A DNA stretch of 63,866 bases, filler included, from Reticulomyxa filosa (GCA_000512085.1; 23 parts of 23 records of this genome joined end to end with filler, not necessarily neighbours in it), one strand, 5' to 3'; positions 1-13,960 are shown, counted from the whole stretch's first letter. Translations and numbers: made by a program. The notes: generated from the sequence alone by a model not told the origin.

Positions 1-605
1 CTCAACACACTGAAAAAGGACTCGACAATGCAAAAGGGGAGGATTAGTCGATTGAAAAGATAACGAACGTTCCCCAACGTATGACGATACTTAATGATCC
101 ATGTTTGATTAATGGAATCAGGATTTATCAATTGCTTCCATTCTTCACGTAATGCGTGTACGGCCAATCGCACTTGATAGTACCCAAAATAAAATCTTGC
201 CACCATCAGGGTCACTACTGGCTGTGTTGCTGCTATCGTTACCGTGCGTAATATATTCAACAAGTTCTTCGTTCTTGGTGACCAATTGTAACATGGTCCT
301 AATACGAGGAACGTTTGCTTTTGTTTGTTTCCATGTCAGTTGTAACAAACAATGTCACAAAGCACTTTATGACGTCCCCTTATCAAAAGAAAAAAAAAAA
401 ATTGGGTCTGTGTCACTAACTTGTACGAAAAAAAACGTTCCAACAATATAAATCCAATCCACTAGGAAGGGATTGCGTGCTCGGATTGGCGGTGCTTGAC
501 TGTTTCGCCGAAAGTTTATGAAAAAGAAGACTATTGAGGATAAAAAAATAACCAAATAATTGCAATAACGCCCACTCCCACAATTAAATCAAACGTGGAA
601 GCCAT
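1..605 (-). CDS. Multi-pass membrane protein, N-terminal part of a 7TM (RGS-fused GPCR-like) type; 3' truncated by window edge
   Basis: ATG at 605, exon 605-421, GT-AG intron 420-318, open exon 317-1. Reads MASTFDLIVGVGVIAIIWLFF(L)SSIVFFFINFRRNSQAPPIRARNPFLV...LMVARFYFGYYQV...EEWKQLINPD..QTWIIKYRHTLGNVRY. Needs one extra T in the T7 run at 542-548. TM1 followed by IRARNP resembles 7TM-RGS proteins; the RGS domain itself is not in the window. Confidence 0.6.
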
Positions 606-1116
606 GTTTGAGATTGCTTCTTATAATTGAGTTTTTTGTAGTCGCTTCTGCCCACCGAGACACAGTTTGAATGCAAGTTGTACAACGAACAAATATTTTG
701 AAAAATTTAACCAATAAATACAAAAAGCATAAAGAATAAATGAATTATTTAATTTTACGTCAAATAGGAAAGACTAACAATACTTTAATTAATAAGCAGT
801 TTTATTAAATATGAAACGAACAGGTAAAAGAAATTGGCGGATGTTTTAATAATATTACCTTTTTTATCCACTTCTGTCATGTGGTTATTGTGAGTTTTTG
901 CTGTTTCTTTCCCCTTTGACGTTGTCACCTCTGCCAGATTTTTGTATAGCATGTTATTTTTTAACTTTTGTTTTTCAAACCAATTTTGCCTTAGTTGAAA
1001 AAATGAAAATTCTTGGACATTGTTGTTCAATGAAACGTCTTTGCCTGCAGCTTTTGTAGGATTATGAGAACTTGGCATTACCTTTTGTTTTTTTTGTCTG
1101 CGTGAAGACTTTGGCA

Positions 1117-2267
1117 ATGCTTTAGAACAAAATCAGGAAATGGAGCAAATAGAAGCAATAAACAAGCAGGTCGAAGAGCCTTTTTTGTATTTGGAATGGG
1201 CTTGAAAACAATTAAATTTTTTTTTTTGGAGAAGAGAGGCAGTATATTAAAATTTTCGGCAAACGTTATCAGTCCGAATTTTTTGAGAACGTGTTTCATT
1301 TTTTTTAAAAAAAAAATAGCACGCAGAATTTTTAGATCAATTAACAAAAGATCCAACCTTAGCAGTACTTCTTAATCTAAGCAGAGTTGAAAGAGATGGA
1401 CTGTCGTCAAATAATTCATTGAGACAGCTAAAAAATGCATTGATTTTAAAAAACCGCTTAAAAAAAAAAAAGTGCATCTTTCATTGCGTTAATCTCTGCA
1501 GAAGAGAATAAAGTCAAAGACAAAACGTGCACTATTCAAAGCGAAATAGCATCTCCAAGAGCAATAAGTAGAGATGAAAAAAAGAAAAAGAAGGAAAAGT
1601 GCAATACTAATAATAACAATAGCATTAATAATAGTAACAATAATAATAAAAGCAGAGACGAAAAAAAATTACCGGATGTCTTGCCACATCATAACAATAA
1701 AAATTTTTCCAAATTGTCTGACGCTCGTTTGCAGCAAGAAAGTCAATCCTCACCTCACTTGTCCACATTTCATCTCGAAACATTGACACGAAAGTCCAAA
1801 GATCACAAAGAAGTTGACTTTTATGTCACAAGAAACGATCGATTGTATCATGCTAATCAACCGCATGACGAAGTTGCCAAAAAATTGCAGCAAGTCAACT
1901 TCTTTCTTTTTTGTTTACATCTTTGACAGCAAAAACAACGATGAAAAAAAAAAAAAAAATTTTTTTATTGATGCGCTTTTGCAATTGAACTTACAATGCG
2001 CTTCCATCCACAATTTCAATAACGCAGCAGAACAACACTTGTTTTTTTTAAAAAAAAAAAAAAATAATAAATAAACTGTAAAGATCTTGAAAGAACACGC
2101 ACAAAGAAAAATTGAAAAGTCAAAGTCATCTCCAACCTTGGCGCGTGGAGATGAACTGAAGACTATACAATTTAAAGCATTAAAGCCATTGACGTGGGAA
2201 GAACACATGGTATTGGCCGACGAATACGATTATAACAAAATAGTAATGAAAGAGATTTTAGATCAGG

Positions 2268-2306
<39 letters not shown>

Positions 2307-5300
2307 TGTGTATATATATATATATATATATAATATCGATGTTTTCACATAGCTCAAGTTTGAGTCGAGGGATTGCGCAAGTTTATTGGAACACGTAGTG
2401 GGTCGCAACGACAGCATCCATAATCAATTGTCGAGTGCGCTGAGATACGAACAGAATCAAATCGAGATCTTCAAAAATCAGAATCAACTACTGAACAAAT
2501 CTGCGACAGATTTGAAGATGCAATTGGCCGGTATCACGGGCGAGTACAATAACATATCGCAAGAAATCAAGGCATTCAATGAGTCACAAGAAAAGCACCA
2601 CCGGTCACTGCAGCTGTTCCAAAAACAAGCGACGGACGCAAAGCTGCAATTCCACGAGCAAGTGTTTTTGAACCATCAGCAATCGTCGAATTTGGAAGAC
2701 TATATCAACAAACAGGCAAAAATGGTCGATCACTTGTGTGCGCAATTACATTCGCACCACCAAGAATTGGCACAATACAAAGGTTATTCTATTTACGATT
2801 TGTTTGTGTGCAATTGGACCGTGTTGACTCCGTCCGAGTGTAATGCGAATCGATTGAACGACCGTTCTCACAGGCAACATACACCCGTCGATCTCAATAC
2901 TGTTCTCTTTGCTTGTTCTTCCAAGCCCCGACCGGATTTGGCTTCATCACTTCATCAATTACAAACCACCACCAATGTCGTCATTCTCATTGGCTTGAAG
3001 CACGGAATAAATTCATCACAAATCAAAAGCTTTTCGGTGCGTTGCAAATCTCCAGAATTAGTGATCCTTTCCCATCGGTACAATTTCATCCCAAAGCAGT
3101 TTAGTTGTTGGTTTTTTTTTTTTTTTTTTTGGTACGTGTATACGTACTTTTTTTTTTTTTTTAGGAAAAAAAAAAAAAAGTGAGGAATTTAAGTACTTTT
3201 TTTAAAAAAAGTACTTAAATAAAACATTTGCTGCTGCTATTACTTGTGCATGCGGAATAGGATCGAACACTGCTTCCTTATGCTGCAATAGTTGAAATGC
3301 CGAATAGCGAGCAAGCAGCTTTAGCTTGTGAGCTTTTGCATAAAAGACATGTGACGCAGTACAATATACAGCTGGAAGTGCACTTGGCCAAAGAGTTTCC
3401 AAACAGAATGGTAACAGTGTCCACGAAATTCAGTGAAGAGCAAGTCCTAGAATTGTACTTGCGTTATGCACATGTTGTCAATTTGTCTTTGAACGGGTCG
3501 TCTTTTATAGTGACATTTACAAGCGTTGCAGACGCTTGTATCGCTCTTATCAACACCCATGGCAAGAAAAGTTTGTAGCCATTTTTTTTTTTTTTATACG
3601 TAGCATTAAAAAATATTTTTAGAAAAAAAAAAAAGAAAGTAAAGGATTTACTCCTCTATGTGTTGCATTATGGAATGAAACAGCTTACAAGCGGCAAAGC
3701 CATAGAGACATTGGACGTAGCCTTTGTAAATGACGAAAAGTCACTAACTTTTGCACCCGACTTTCCCGACCCGGAACAACTGGCCAAAGATATTGAATCA
3801 AAAATCAGAGAACTGGCAAATCAGTTGGATTTTGTTGAAAACGACTTGTCTTTGGAGTATTTTCCAATGGAGCCCAAAGAAAAGCGAGAAAAGTTAAATG
3901 TGATTTGAAGGGAAAAAAAAAAGAGAGTGTGTTATGTAAATCCTGGTCAAATATGTCACAATACAATTAGGCGATTGTTACTGGAAGAACAAATGAAGCC
4001 TCCAAACAAAAGCAATACAGAGAGGCTGTATGCAATGGTGAATGACACCAAAAACAGAGTTGACGAGGCTGTCAAAGAAATTGAAATACTCAAACAAATT
4101 GCGGCCAATGTCGCACCGCTGTCTCACTTACGGAAATATATTGATCCTAAGAAGCCAACTATTGAAGGCACTCAATCCCTCTCCTTCCTTTTTTTCTAAA
4201 AATATTTTTAGCTCTCTCCCCCTTTTTTTAAAAAGTCGTTTTTAAAAAAATGCGACTTGACTGAGTAAAGATTTTCAAGCGCAGCTGTTGGAAAAAGAAA
4301 AAAAGATCGAAAAGTTGCAACGTACAATTAAAACATTGGAAAAACGATGCGGTTTGTTCGACGAAGAGCTAAAGAACTGTCGCCAAGCACTGATTGATTC
4401 CAGCCTTAAATACCAAGCTTTGCGTCGTCAAAAGCGTCTATGTCGTCATGTCTTGGGCAACAGCAATAGTGAAACGGCAATGAACTTTGGTGTCTCTTTA
4501 AGTGACGGCGAGATTGTGTCACCAAGAAAAAAGCATTTGTTTGGAGTGGACACACATCAACAAGACCAAAGCAATGACGGAAAAGAAATAGATGAAGATA
4601 GCGACAGTAGTGACAACGACAGTGATGGCGTTGTAATGAAACTGAAATTCAAACAAATGAAAGCAAAGGCCAAGCAATTGCAACAACAATTGGCAAGTGA
4701 ACAAAAACAACTCGACATGTATCGCAATCGACGGATGACAAGACCAGAAAACCTAAGCGACAAAGAAAATCAGAGATTAAATGAATGGGAAACACAAATG
4801 GTGCTCTTACGAGAGGAAGTGGATGTTAAAGATAAAGAAATGTTCACATTGAGAGACGATCTGTCGTTAGCTCGCCAGATGCTCGAGGAAATGGAACTGA
4901 AAATGAAACTTCATCCCATTTTCTCTCATTCTAGTGGTTCTCTCAAGGGTGCTAACACTAGTGTTTGTCTCAAAGAGTTGCAAAGTCAAGCCGATACAAA
5001 AGACAAGCCCATTGCAGAGCTGCAGGCTCAATTGCAACCACAACCCGAGTTTTGTTTTGAAAAAGGAGGAATCAGAACAAGAATATATGATTAACATGGA
5101 GAGAAGATGCCGTAAGGTTTTTTTTAAAAGGGGCGTAATGTTTGTGTTGGACAGGACGAACTTATCAGGCAAGGAAGAAAAGAGTCGCAATGAAGAAAAC
5201 ATTGCGATAGAGGAAGTAAATGTGGAAAATGAAAGTTTGAAAAAAGAGCTTGACACTTTAAGAATGGAATTGGAGAACCAAACAAATAAAATGAAGCTCA

Positions 5301-6480
5301 TGGAAGAAAAATTTCAGTCTGAAGTGGACGGTAACAAGTTTTTTTTACAAGCATTCAAAAAACTCACTCTATACTTTTAAATGAATTTCAATTTGTCTTA
5401 ACAGTGCTAAAGAAAGAAAGGATTTGCTTAAGCGACACGGTCACCATCAAGACAATGGAAGTAAATCAACTGATCAAACAAATCCAAAATATCGATCAAA
5501 AAGAAGGCCTGCAAAAAGTAGGACAATACAAAGCCGTCGATACAACGGTATAAATAAAATAAATCACTAAGAAATGGCTCTGTTTTTGGAATCCTTGTTT
5601 TGATGTATCACAATAACAATAATAATACTGCAAACAGAAAGTAAATAGTGGATCACACGAGAATACCGTAAGATCGGCGGCAAAAGGACGCAATGACATG
5701 AGACAACAAGTAGATAAAATGGATGAAGAGATGCACAAATTGCGATCGAAATTGGGAGTAAGAAAGAATCTTGAGCAAGGAAAAAATCTGGCAGAATCTA
5801 CTTCGCACCGAAAAGTGCACCGACGGAAAGAAAAAAAGAGTCCAATGCGTAAAGCGAAACACGGAGATATCACAAACAAAGAGACACCAGATACTGTCAA
5901 CGTGGAGGCCTCGTTGCAGGAAGAAAAGAGAAAGACAGTGATGTCTAGTGGCAAGTTGTCAGAAGATGTAACAAAAGAGAGTCAACCAAATGATGGATCC
6001 AGAATCAATACCGCGCCACTTGAAGAAAATGTAAAACACGAAATAAAGCTTATTCTTTTCAGGGTACGTACAAGACAGGACAAATATTATTTCTTAGATA
6101 TATGTGCATATATATATATATGTATATATGTATATATATATTTATTTTTTTTCTTCTTCATAAACTTTTAAAGCTTAAAATTGTGTTGTCACTTGAAACT
6201 GCCCATCCTCATGTAGTCAATGACCAGGACAATGAGGATATATCCCTTTGGACTGTAGAGAAGCTGCAAAGAACCGTCAAACAACTTCGTAAAGAACTCC
6301 AAGTTTGGAAGCGCTTAGTGTCCAGTCAAAACGCAACGGACAGGGATGCATCAACACGACGCACTCCATTTATCGTGAGCAAAGATAAAGGCCCCATTAT
6401 TTTGGGACAGCAAAAGCCTCCGAAACCAAGTTTAAAAAAACCAAACAATTTAACTTCATTAAAAAAAAAAAAAAAAAAAA
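1117..6480 (+). CDS. Large multi-exon coiled-coil protein with two tandem RRM-like domains (start approximate, 3' truncated)
   Basis: Chain of + ORFs (1681, 2087, 2386, 3297, 3660, 3927, 4288, 5698, 6102) separated by short AT-rich introns, with heptad-rich Q/E/K segments. RRM-like pattern at about 2970-3740: NVVILIGL...VEMPNSEQAALACELLH...LEVHLAK and MVTVS..FSEEQVLELYLRYAHVVNLSL...FIVTFTSVADACIAL...LDVAFV. Confidence 0.6.
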
Positions 6481-6485
6481 AAAAA

Positions 6486-6585
6486 NNNNNNNNNNNNNNN
6501 NNNNNNNNNNNNNNNNNNNNNNNNNNNNNTTAATTAATTAANNNNNNNNNNNNNNNNNNNNNNNNNNNNNNNNNNNNNNNNNNNN
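6486..6585. other. Artificial contig linker N44-TTAATTAATTAA-N44 (first of 22)
   Basis: The identical 100-nt linker with stops in all six frames recurs starting at 9889, 12585, 14026, 15949, 18679, 20607, 22331, 24631, 29033, 32792, 34479, 35654, 42301, 44757, 46345, 50339, 52434, 54232, 56404, 57537 and 61605. Confidence 0.98.
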
Positions 6586-8088
6586 TGAATTGAAAAAAGG
6601 ACAATTAAGTGAAGGAACAAAATCAGGAGAAGAAGGGGAGCCCTGTAATGAATCATATCCAAATTTAAATTTAAATTCAAAAAATAATTGCAATTGTAAT
6701 TTCAAAGGAAAAATGAAAGATTTAAAAGATCATTTGGATAAATCATGCAATTTGATTCCAATCAAACAAAGTATTCCATATGAAATTACAGATCAATTGA
6801 ATGTGACAAGTAAACAAATCAAAGAATTGCAAAATATGGTTAAAGATTTACAATCGCAATTACAAACTGAAAAATTACAAACAGTTTTATTATTATTATT
6901 TTTTGTTTTCTTGTTTGAATAAATCACAAACAAAAAATATTAACAAATTAAAAAAATGAACAGGTTAAGATTTTAAAAGCAGAATCATTGAGAAAAGATG
7001 AACAAATATTTGAACTAACAAAGGATATCAAACAATTCAAAACAGAAATGAATCAAACTATTATTGATTTAAAAAAACAACAAAATGAACAAATTGACAA
7101 CTTAAAACATGAATTACAAGAAAAAAATCAAACAATAACTACATTAACAAATAACATTCAACAATTAAAAAAAGATAATACTGAATTCAACAAACAATTG
7201 GAACAATATCAAATCCAATTCGATAAATTCAAAACAAAATTCGAAATTAAAGTAGAAAATCAAACTACAAATATTCGACAACTTCAACCTCAAATTGACA
7301 CTCAAATTGAACAAGAACAAAAAAATGAACAAAAAGAACAGCATAAAAACTGCGAGAATATGTTATCATTCATTCAAAGTTCGAATTTGAAAAATGGAAT
7401 TGATTTTTTATTGGTCACTGAAAATGAACAAATAATACAATTAAAAAATAACGAATGGAATAATTATAATTTTGGAATATTTTTACTTGGAGAAAATATC
7501 ACTTTAACTCTTAATTGTAATAAACTTGGAAATCTAAAAATTAAAACAAGTCATTTGTGGATTAGACATTCTTTATCCAAAATTGATTGCTCACAATTGG
7601 GATATCCAATGAATCGAGGTCCTGGAAAGAGTATGTTTAAAAGCGGTGGTGGTGGATATGGAACGAAAGGAGAAGGAAAGGGAGGTGGAGAAATGTATGG
7701 AGAAGAGACTTTGTTGAAACAAATTCATTTTGGAAGTGGAGGTGGAGGCATGCTTGGAGGAAGTGGTGGTGGAATAATTGAACTGATAATTGAACAACAA
7801 TTGATCAATCATGGATCGATTCAATCCAATGGAGGAAATGGAGGGGATAGATATGGTGGTGGAAGTGGAGGATCAATATTAATTGAATTGCAATGTCAAT
7901 CTCAATCTCAATCTCAATCTCATTTAAATAAATTGAAACAAACTTTTGGAACTATCACATGCATTGGAGGAAATCAAAATAAACAAAATGAAGGTGGAAA
8001 AGGAAGAATTGCAATTTATGGTATTGAGTTATCATCAAATGATATCAAAAAAATTGATCCAAAACCATTTAATAGACTGCACAAATAA
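6586..8088 (+). CDS. Multicopy-family protein: TRAF-zinc-finger-like remnant, long coiled coil and C-terminal glycine-rich domain (5' truncated)
   Basis: CNFKGKMKDLKDHLDKSC, intron about 6883-6964, then a 366-aa ORF with Q/K/E coiled coil and GGGGYGTKG...EETLLKQIHFGSGGG...GGSGGGIIELII...GGKGRIAIYG. Very low GC. Confidence 0.75.
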
Positions 8089-9718
8089 TTTTTTTTTATT
8101 TTTTATTTTCAAATTTTTTGAATTGAAATGATTTTTACTTTTGCCAGTTTCAAATTATTTTTTAATTTGAAAGTTGAAATATTATGAAATAGAATTTACT
8201 TTCAATGCTAACTTTTAGTTCAAATGGCATTCCCTCCACAGGAATAGCATCAAATTTTGTAAGATATTTGTTTTTTTAAATTCCATTGTAGCAACATATT
8301 TTTAATTTTTTCTCTTTTTGATCATCTTTTAGTTAGTCAATCTTGGGAGGAGATCACAGTTGATTGAAGTAAATTAGAATCTTCTCAACAAAGTAATAAT
8401 TGACATACAAGTATTTGAATTGGGTCAAGCAAAATTGTTGAGGAAGCTGGCAAAAGGTAAATCTATACCATGTGCAATTTTATATTGGTTGGAGAAATTT
8501 GCAAAGAAAGAAGTGAAACAACAATAGTGTCTCAATTTTCCTAATTTTTGGAATATTGATGCAGGATTTGGGTCACTCAGCACATGTGATGAAGTATGCG
8601 ATTGATTCATTGTCACAAATGATAAGATAATACGCACACTATATTGACTTGACACACGCTCCTTGTGATCAATTTCGATTGTGTTTTTTCATTACATCAT
8701 TTTAAAACCTTTATTTGTTATTTTAGAAGATTTGTTGCTGTCGAAAGAATTATCACCTTTGTGATGCTTTGGTATTGATCTTTATTTATTGGTTGGATAT
8801 CTAAATGAAAAAAAAACTAGTTTAAGACATAGCTGTGAAATCCAAATTCATTATATATGTATATGTATATTATTGTTGCTGTTATCAATTAATAATAGCA
8901 ATCTGCTTTTAATCTTTTTTTTGTTTGTTTTAATAACAACTTCTTCACAAATTAATATTTCTAAATTATATCTTATGTGTTGTTGATCTTGAAAAATTGG
9001 AAAGATAAATAGCTAATTTGTTGGTCATTTGGTGAACTCACTATCTTATATATTTGAAAGTGGAAGTAGGAACAATCCAGCATAAAACAGTGGATAAAAT
9101 TTGTTTCTTCGAATAACTCTTCCAGCCATAGCGTTATCTTTTTTCATTTGTCATTTGTATTTCAAAGTTTATCTTAAGCATTTCTATCACTTTTCCATTG
9201 TTAAGAAATTACATCAAAACTTATTAAATATATTTCCTTATTTTTTCTTTTTTGTCAATGAAATAATATTTTATTCAAAAACAAATTGGAGATTTTTGTT
9301 AAAATTAGAATGACTTTAATATACAAACAACATAATTGTGTGAATGGATAATTGGACCATGTTGTGTTCTTAATATGCTCATCATTTTGAATCAAGTTGT
9401 TATTTTTAAATTTTCTTTTCATAGCTTCATATAAATTAATCAATTCAAGTATTACTTTTGTTATTTCATCAACATAAATTACTTGATTAATATTAGTTTA
9501 TTTTTATTAAAAATCGATATTGCTTTCAAAGATTATCCAATTTATGTACACCTTTAGGACTTATTCATTCAAAACAAAACAAAACATTGAATATAAATTG
9601 CAGTTATTCAATTTACATTTCAAACTACTTCAACTTTCAACTTTAAAAATACTTCAAACTGACAAAAGTGAAGACCATTTGAAAACAAAAAATCATTGAA
9701 AAAATTTAAAAAATGAAA

Positions 9719-9888
9719 TTATTTGTGGAGTCTATTAAATGGTTTTGGATCAATTTGTCTAATATCATTTAATGATAATTCAATACCATAAATTGCAATC
9801 CTTCCTTTTCCACCTTCATTTTTTTTTTTTGATTCCCACCAATACATGTGATAGTTCCAAAAGTTTGTTCCAATTTATTTAAATGAGA
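9719..9888 (-). CDS. 3' end of a second paralogue of the Gly-rich family gene, converging on the first
   Basis: Reverse strand reads HLNKLEQTFGTITCIGGNQ..NEGGKGRIAIYGIELSLNDIRQIDPKPFNRLHK*, nearly identical to 7921-8088. Confidence 0.85.
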
Positions 9889-10215
9889 NNNNNNNNNNNN
9901 NNNNNNNNNNNNNNNNNNNNNNNNNNNNNNNNTTAATTAATTAANNNNNNNNNNNNNNNNNNNNNNNNNNNNNNNNNNNNNNNNNNNNGTATGAGATGAT
10001 AAACAAAGAAGAGGAAACGAAACAACATTTACACATGATACACACACACAAAGATTGTAGTCGTGAATGGCAAATTACCGCATCTCAAAAACACAACCAC
10101 ACACAACGACATAGGTACTCGAATTTCAAATACAAAAAATGTAAGGAATAATTCCACTAATGAAATAGGTCAAAATGGGAATAAGATGAATAATAATAAT
10201 AACATAGTAATAACA

Positions 10216-10246
<31 letters not shown>

Positions 10247-10619
10247 TGCAACAATAACAAATTCTTGTGAATTGAAAAAAGATACTAATTCGTCAGGGAC
10301 CAGTCCACAAGCGAATAGTAATGTAGATAACGACAATCACATGGATGCAATGGACGAAGAGTACATTGATCGTAATTATTTGATGACTATGTCCGTGAAT
10401 AGCAAGGATCTGAATGACCGATATGACCATAGTCACGATTCATATTATCAAATAGCCAACAAATATCATGACATCAACCAACTTCACAATCTGACCAAAT
10501 ATATTAATTAAATTTGATTCACTTTTATGCAAGTAAATTCATAATGAACTACGATATTCTCATATTCATTCAAATTTTTTAAATGTCATTTAACTGTTTT
10601 TGCTAATAGATTTTGATTG

Positions 10620-11749
10620 ATTCGAAATAAAGGCTGAGTGCATATATAATATTATCACTCCTGAAGAAAAGCTTCCAAGATATAAATGATTATAATTGAA
10701 TTAAAGTGTCTTAGCAAAAAAAAAGACATAGTTGCATATTCATTTGATGAACATACAGTTAAAGACAATAATTTAATACAATGTACACCTTCATTTGTTT
10801 TGATTTCTTTTACTTATCTGTTTTGAGATCCCAAAATTTGATCGTGTTATCTGCTGAACCGGAGCATATAATATATCCATCATGCACGTAAGGTAAATAT
10901 TCAACAGATGTTACATAATGTTTATGTCCTTCAAATTTTTTTACTTCTTTTTTCGTTCGTAAACCCCACAAACGAATATTTTATCAGCTGAACATGATAA
11001 TATAGTTGTTGATCCAAAACAAATATTCGATCCATATGGCGAATATTTAATATCCATTATATTGTCTGAATGTCCTCTAAAAATTGTATTGTTCCCTGTT
11101 TCAATATCCCAAACACGACACGTATTATCACCAGATCCTGAACATATTTATATCCGTTACTATTTTCATAGTTTTGAAGTTGAACGGGTGAAAAGTCAAT
11201 TTTACATACTTTTCATGACCTACATATTTATGTATAAGTTTGTTTGTACTTATATCCAAAATATTAATTGTTTTATCAAATAAAGAAATTGCCAAATATT
11301 GTCTATCGCAAAACGGTGATAACGCAATACAACTAATGAATTTTTTTCCAATTGAATTTCAGATTGTTTTTATGTTTGATATCACAAAAGTGTATATTTT
11401 CCATCGATGAAGATATAGCAGCCATTCTTTTACGACGCATTAGATTATAATTTGATAATTTGATACTTGATATTGATCCTTTTTGCTTTTTTTGATTAAT
11501 AATTTTTTTATATCTTAAATCGTATATAAGAATTTTACTATCTCTTGACCTAGACGCCATATAATAATATTTGCCAAATGACAAATAATCTATGTCATTC
11601 ACTGCATTTTTATGTCCATGAATATAATAACAACAATTTATATTAAATTTCGAAAAATCTAACATTGGCGATTTTAGTTTATTGCTTTCTTCAACAATTT
11701 CCTTCTTTACAATTTCTTTCATATAGATATCATCATCTTGCCTTGCCAT
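10620..11749 (-). pseudogene. Degenerate WD40-repeat gene
   Basis: GHKNAVNDIDY..MASRSRDSKILIYD, CSGSGDNTCRVWDIETG..IFRGHSD, EGHKHYVTSVEY..ICSGSADNTIKFWD, spread over several frames with stops. Confidence 0.75.
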
Positions 11750-12722
11750 TATGGTCTGCTTCTTGGTGAAATATTGAATAAAAAGATTAGATGAACTTTT
11801 TTAGTTGAATTTTTTTCCTTTTAAAAAAGATAAAGCAATATTAAAAAAATATCAGATTAATGATACATAACATTTGATTATATAAAAAAAATCTTTTGAT
11901 ATTTTTGTTAGTTTTTTTTCACAGTTTAGTTTTCTCTTTTTCTCAAAATGAATGTCATAAAATTTCTCAAGTTATTCCTATTGCAACATGCGAAAGATGA
12001 GTTTTTTTCTCGGACATGCTCTCATTTTTGAATTATTGACAAGAGTATTTCGTTGCGTTACCAAACTTGGTAATGAGAATGCTCATTTGGTTCAGAAGTG
12101 ATCACAGAACATTTTATACTGAACTTTTTTGTATCACATTTTTTAATGTGCAAAAAAAAAGTTGAAAAAAGAGCAATAAAACCACCAAACGAAGAATTTA
12201 CTTGTCGCACAAAGCAAAAGTTTAGAAAAAAACACACAAAAACAACAACAAAAAACAAGTCAAGGAAGTGCTCATTGATCGTCAGGACTATCATCTTGGA
12301 TCATGTCAGTGTGTTCATCGCTTTCCTCGTCTTGTATGTGTTCGAAGACAAGTGTCTGTACAAGATCGTCGGTTCCTTATTGTTGCAGCAACAAAACTCT
12401 TTGTCCCAAAATGCGATTGGAATCTTGCAAGCGTTTGATCATTCATTGCTCATAGACCGTCTCGAAAAAAACGAAATTATCAGATGGTTGAGTACTCTCA
12501 TGTTGTGGATGCACATTAGTGTGTTGGGTGGCCAATCTCTGGATCATTGAAAAAAATTGATTTCGTCCATTTTTCTTTTTTTTTNNNNNNNNNNNNNNNN
12601 NNNNNNNNNNNNNNNNNNNNNNNNNNNNTTAATTAATTAANNNNNNNNNNNNNNNNNNNNNNNNNNNNNNNNNNNNNNNNNNNNTTCACATTTCAAGCAA
12701 ACACACAGATACAATGAGATTT

Positions 12723-13960
12723 TTAAAAAAAAAAAAAAAAAAAAATGGAAGTAATACCGGAAAGTATCTTCATAATATCAGCCAAGTTTACACTTTTCAA
12801 AACCAATTGGGCTGCTGCGATTTGGTCCAGTTGAATCAATAGGACGACGCGGGCGAATAGATTCGTCGATTGCAAGAAGCCGAGCGTGGTGGGCCGAACA
12901 GTCGTGGGACAAATCCATTGATAGCTATCAGCCCAAGGCAAATGCGGCAACACGTGATTGGGCTCTCTTTCTTCCAGCCACTGATGGACCACATTGCAAT
13001 AATGGTCTAGCCACTGCAACACCTGCTTATTGAATTCGATCGATTCGCTACTCTCTTTTCTCGAAACGACGATCGGGTGCAGCAGCATCGTTGACAAGTA
13101 CGCGGGGTTGTGTTTGTTTACATCTTGCAATAACTCATGGATTTGTTTCAGTGACAAATTGTCCGATGATTTTTCCAAACACAATCTAATTGAATATTTA
13201 AAGTAGTGAAAGGGAGGAAGAAAAATCAAAACAGTTGTTATATCCATACTTTGAAAGCAGTGTAAAATACATATATACATATATGTATATACATATATGT
13301 ATATACATATATGCATGTATATAACCTATAAAAAAGAATAAGTCCATCCATTACATCACTCGCACTTGCAGCACGACTTGAGCCTGTTTTCTGAGTTAGC
13401 TGCTCCTCTTGCACCTCTTTGTATCTGTCCATGAGCAACTCGCGGACTACATAAAAGTCGCGATTGGATCGGATGTAATGTTGTGCGGCCAGATCGAATC
13501 GTGACTCCATCAGCAATACATCGCCAAGCAAGCCGTGACATTCTTTGCGAAGTTGTTGCAAGACGGTCCACTCTGACTTTACCAACACCTTTTGATCTCT
13601 CACCACGGCGGCCATTGGAAAAGGTCCCACATGTTCCCCGTCCAAATCCTCTGTGCCTTCCTCTTCATAGTTTGTCTTTTGATCTGTACCACGTCCACAT
13701 CATGTTAAAAGATTCATTACAAACTATGTTACACGAACAAACAAATGTGGCAAAAAGGGGTTACGTGTAACACCTTGACCTTGCGAAGGCTGATCCGCCA
13801 GTTTTTGAGCTTGTTGAGTCACCCATCCCCAAGCCGAGTCCAAGAATTTCGACCAGCTTTTGCTTCTTTCGTTCATTGCCCGCTGCGTCGACGACATGTC
13901 TTCTACTTTCTTATGACACAAAAACAGGACATTATGCGTTTTCAATATACCTTGCCACAA
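12723..13960 (-). CDS. Internal exons of an uncharacterised alpha-helical protein
   Basis: Three to four GC-balanced exons (ORFs 13724-14008, 13238-13645, 12723-13316) separated by (TA)n introns; TPR-like LLGDVLLMESRFDLAAQHY. Family not recognised. Confidence 0.5.

Noticed and set aside
2268-2352. YIYIYI, FFFF and KKKK tracts in predicted ORFs
   Set aside because: They are translations of intronic (TA)n and homopolymer runs.
6530-6541. TTAATTAATTAA recurring 22 times, like a repeat array
   Set aside because: Always centred in exactly 44+44 Ns with stops in all six frames; it is a concatenation linker, not a CRISPR or biological repeat.
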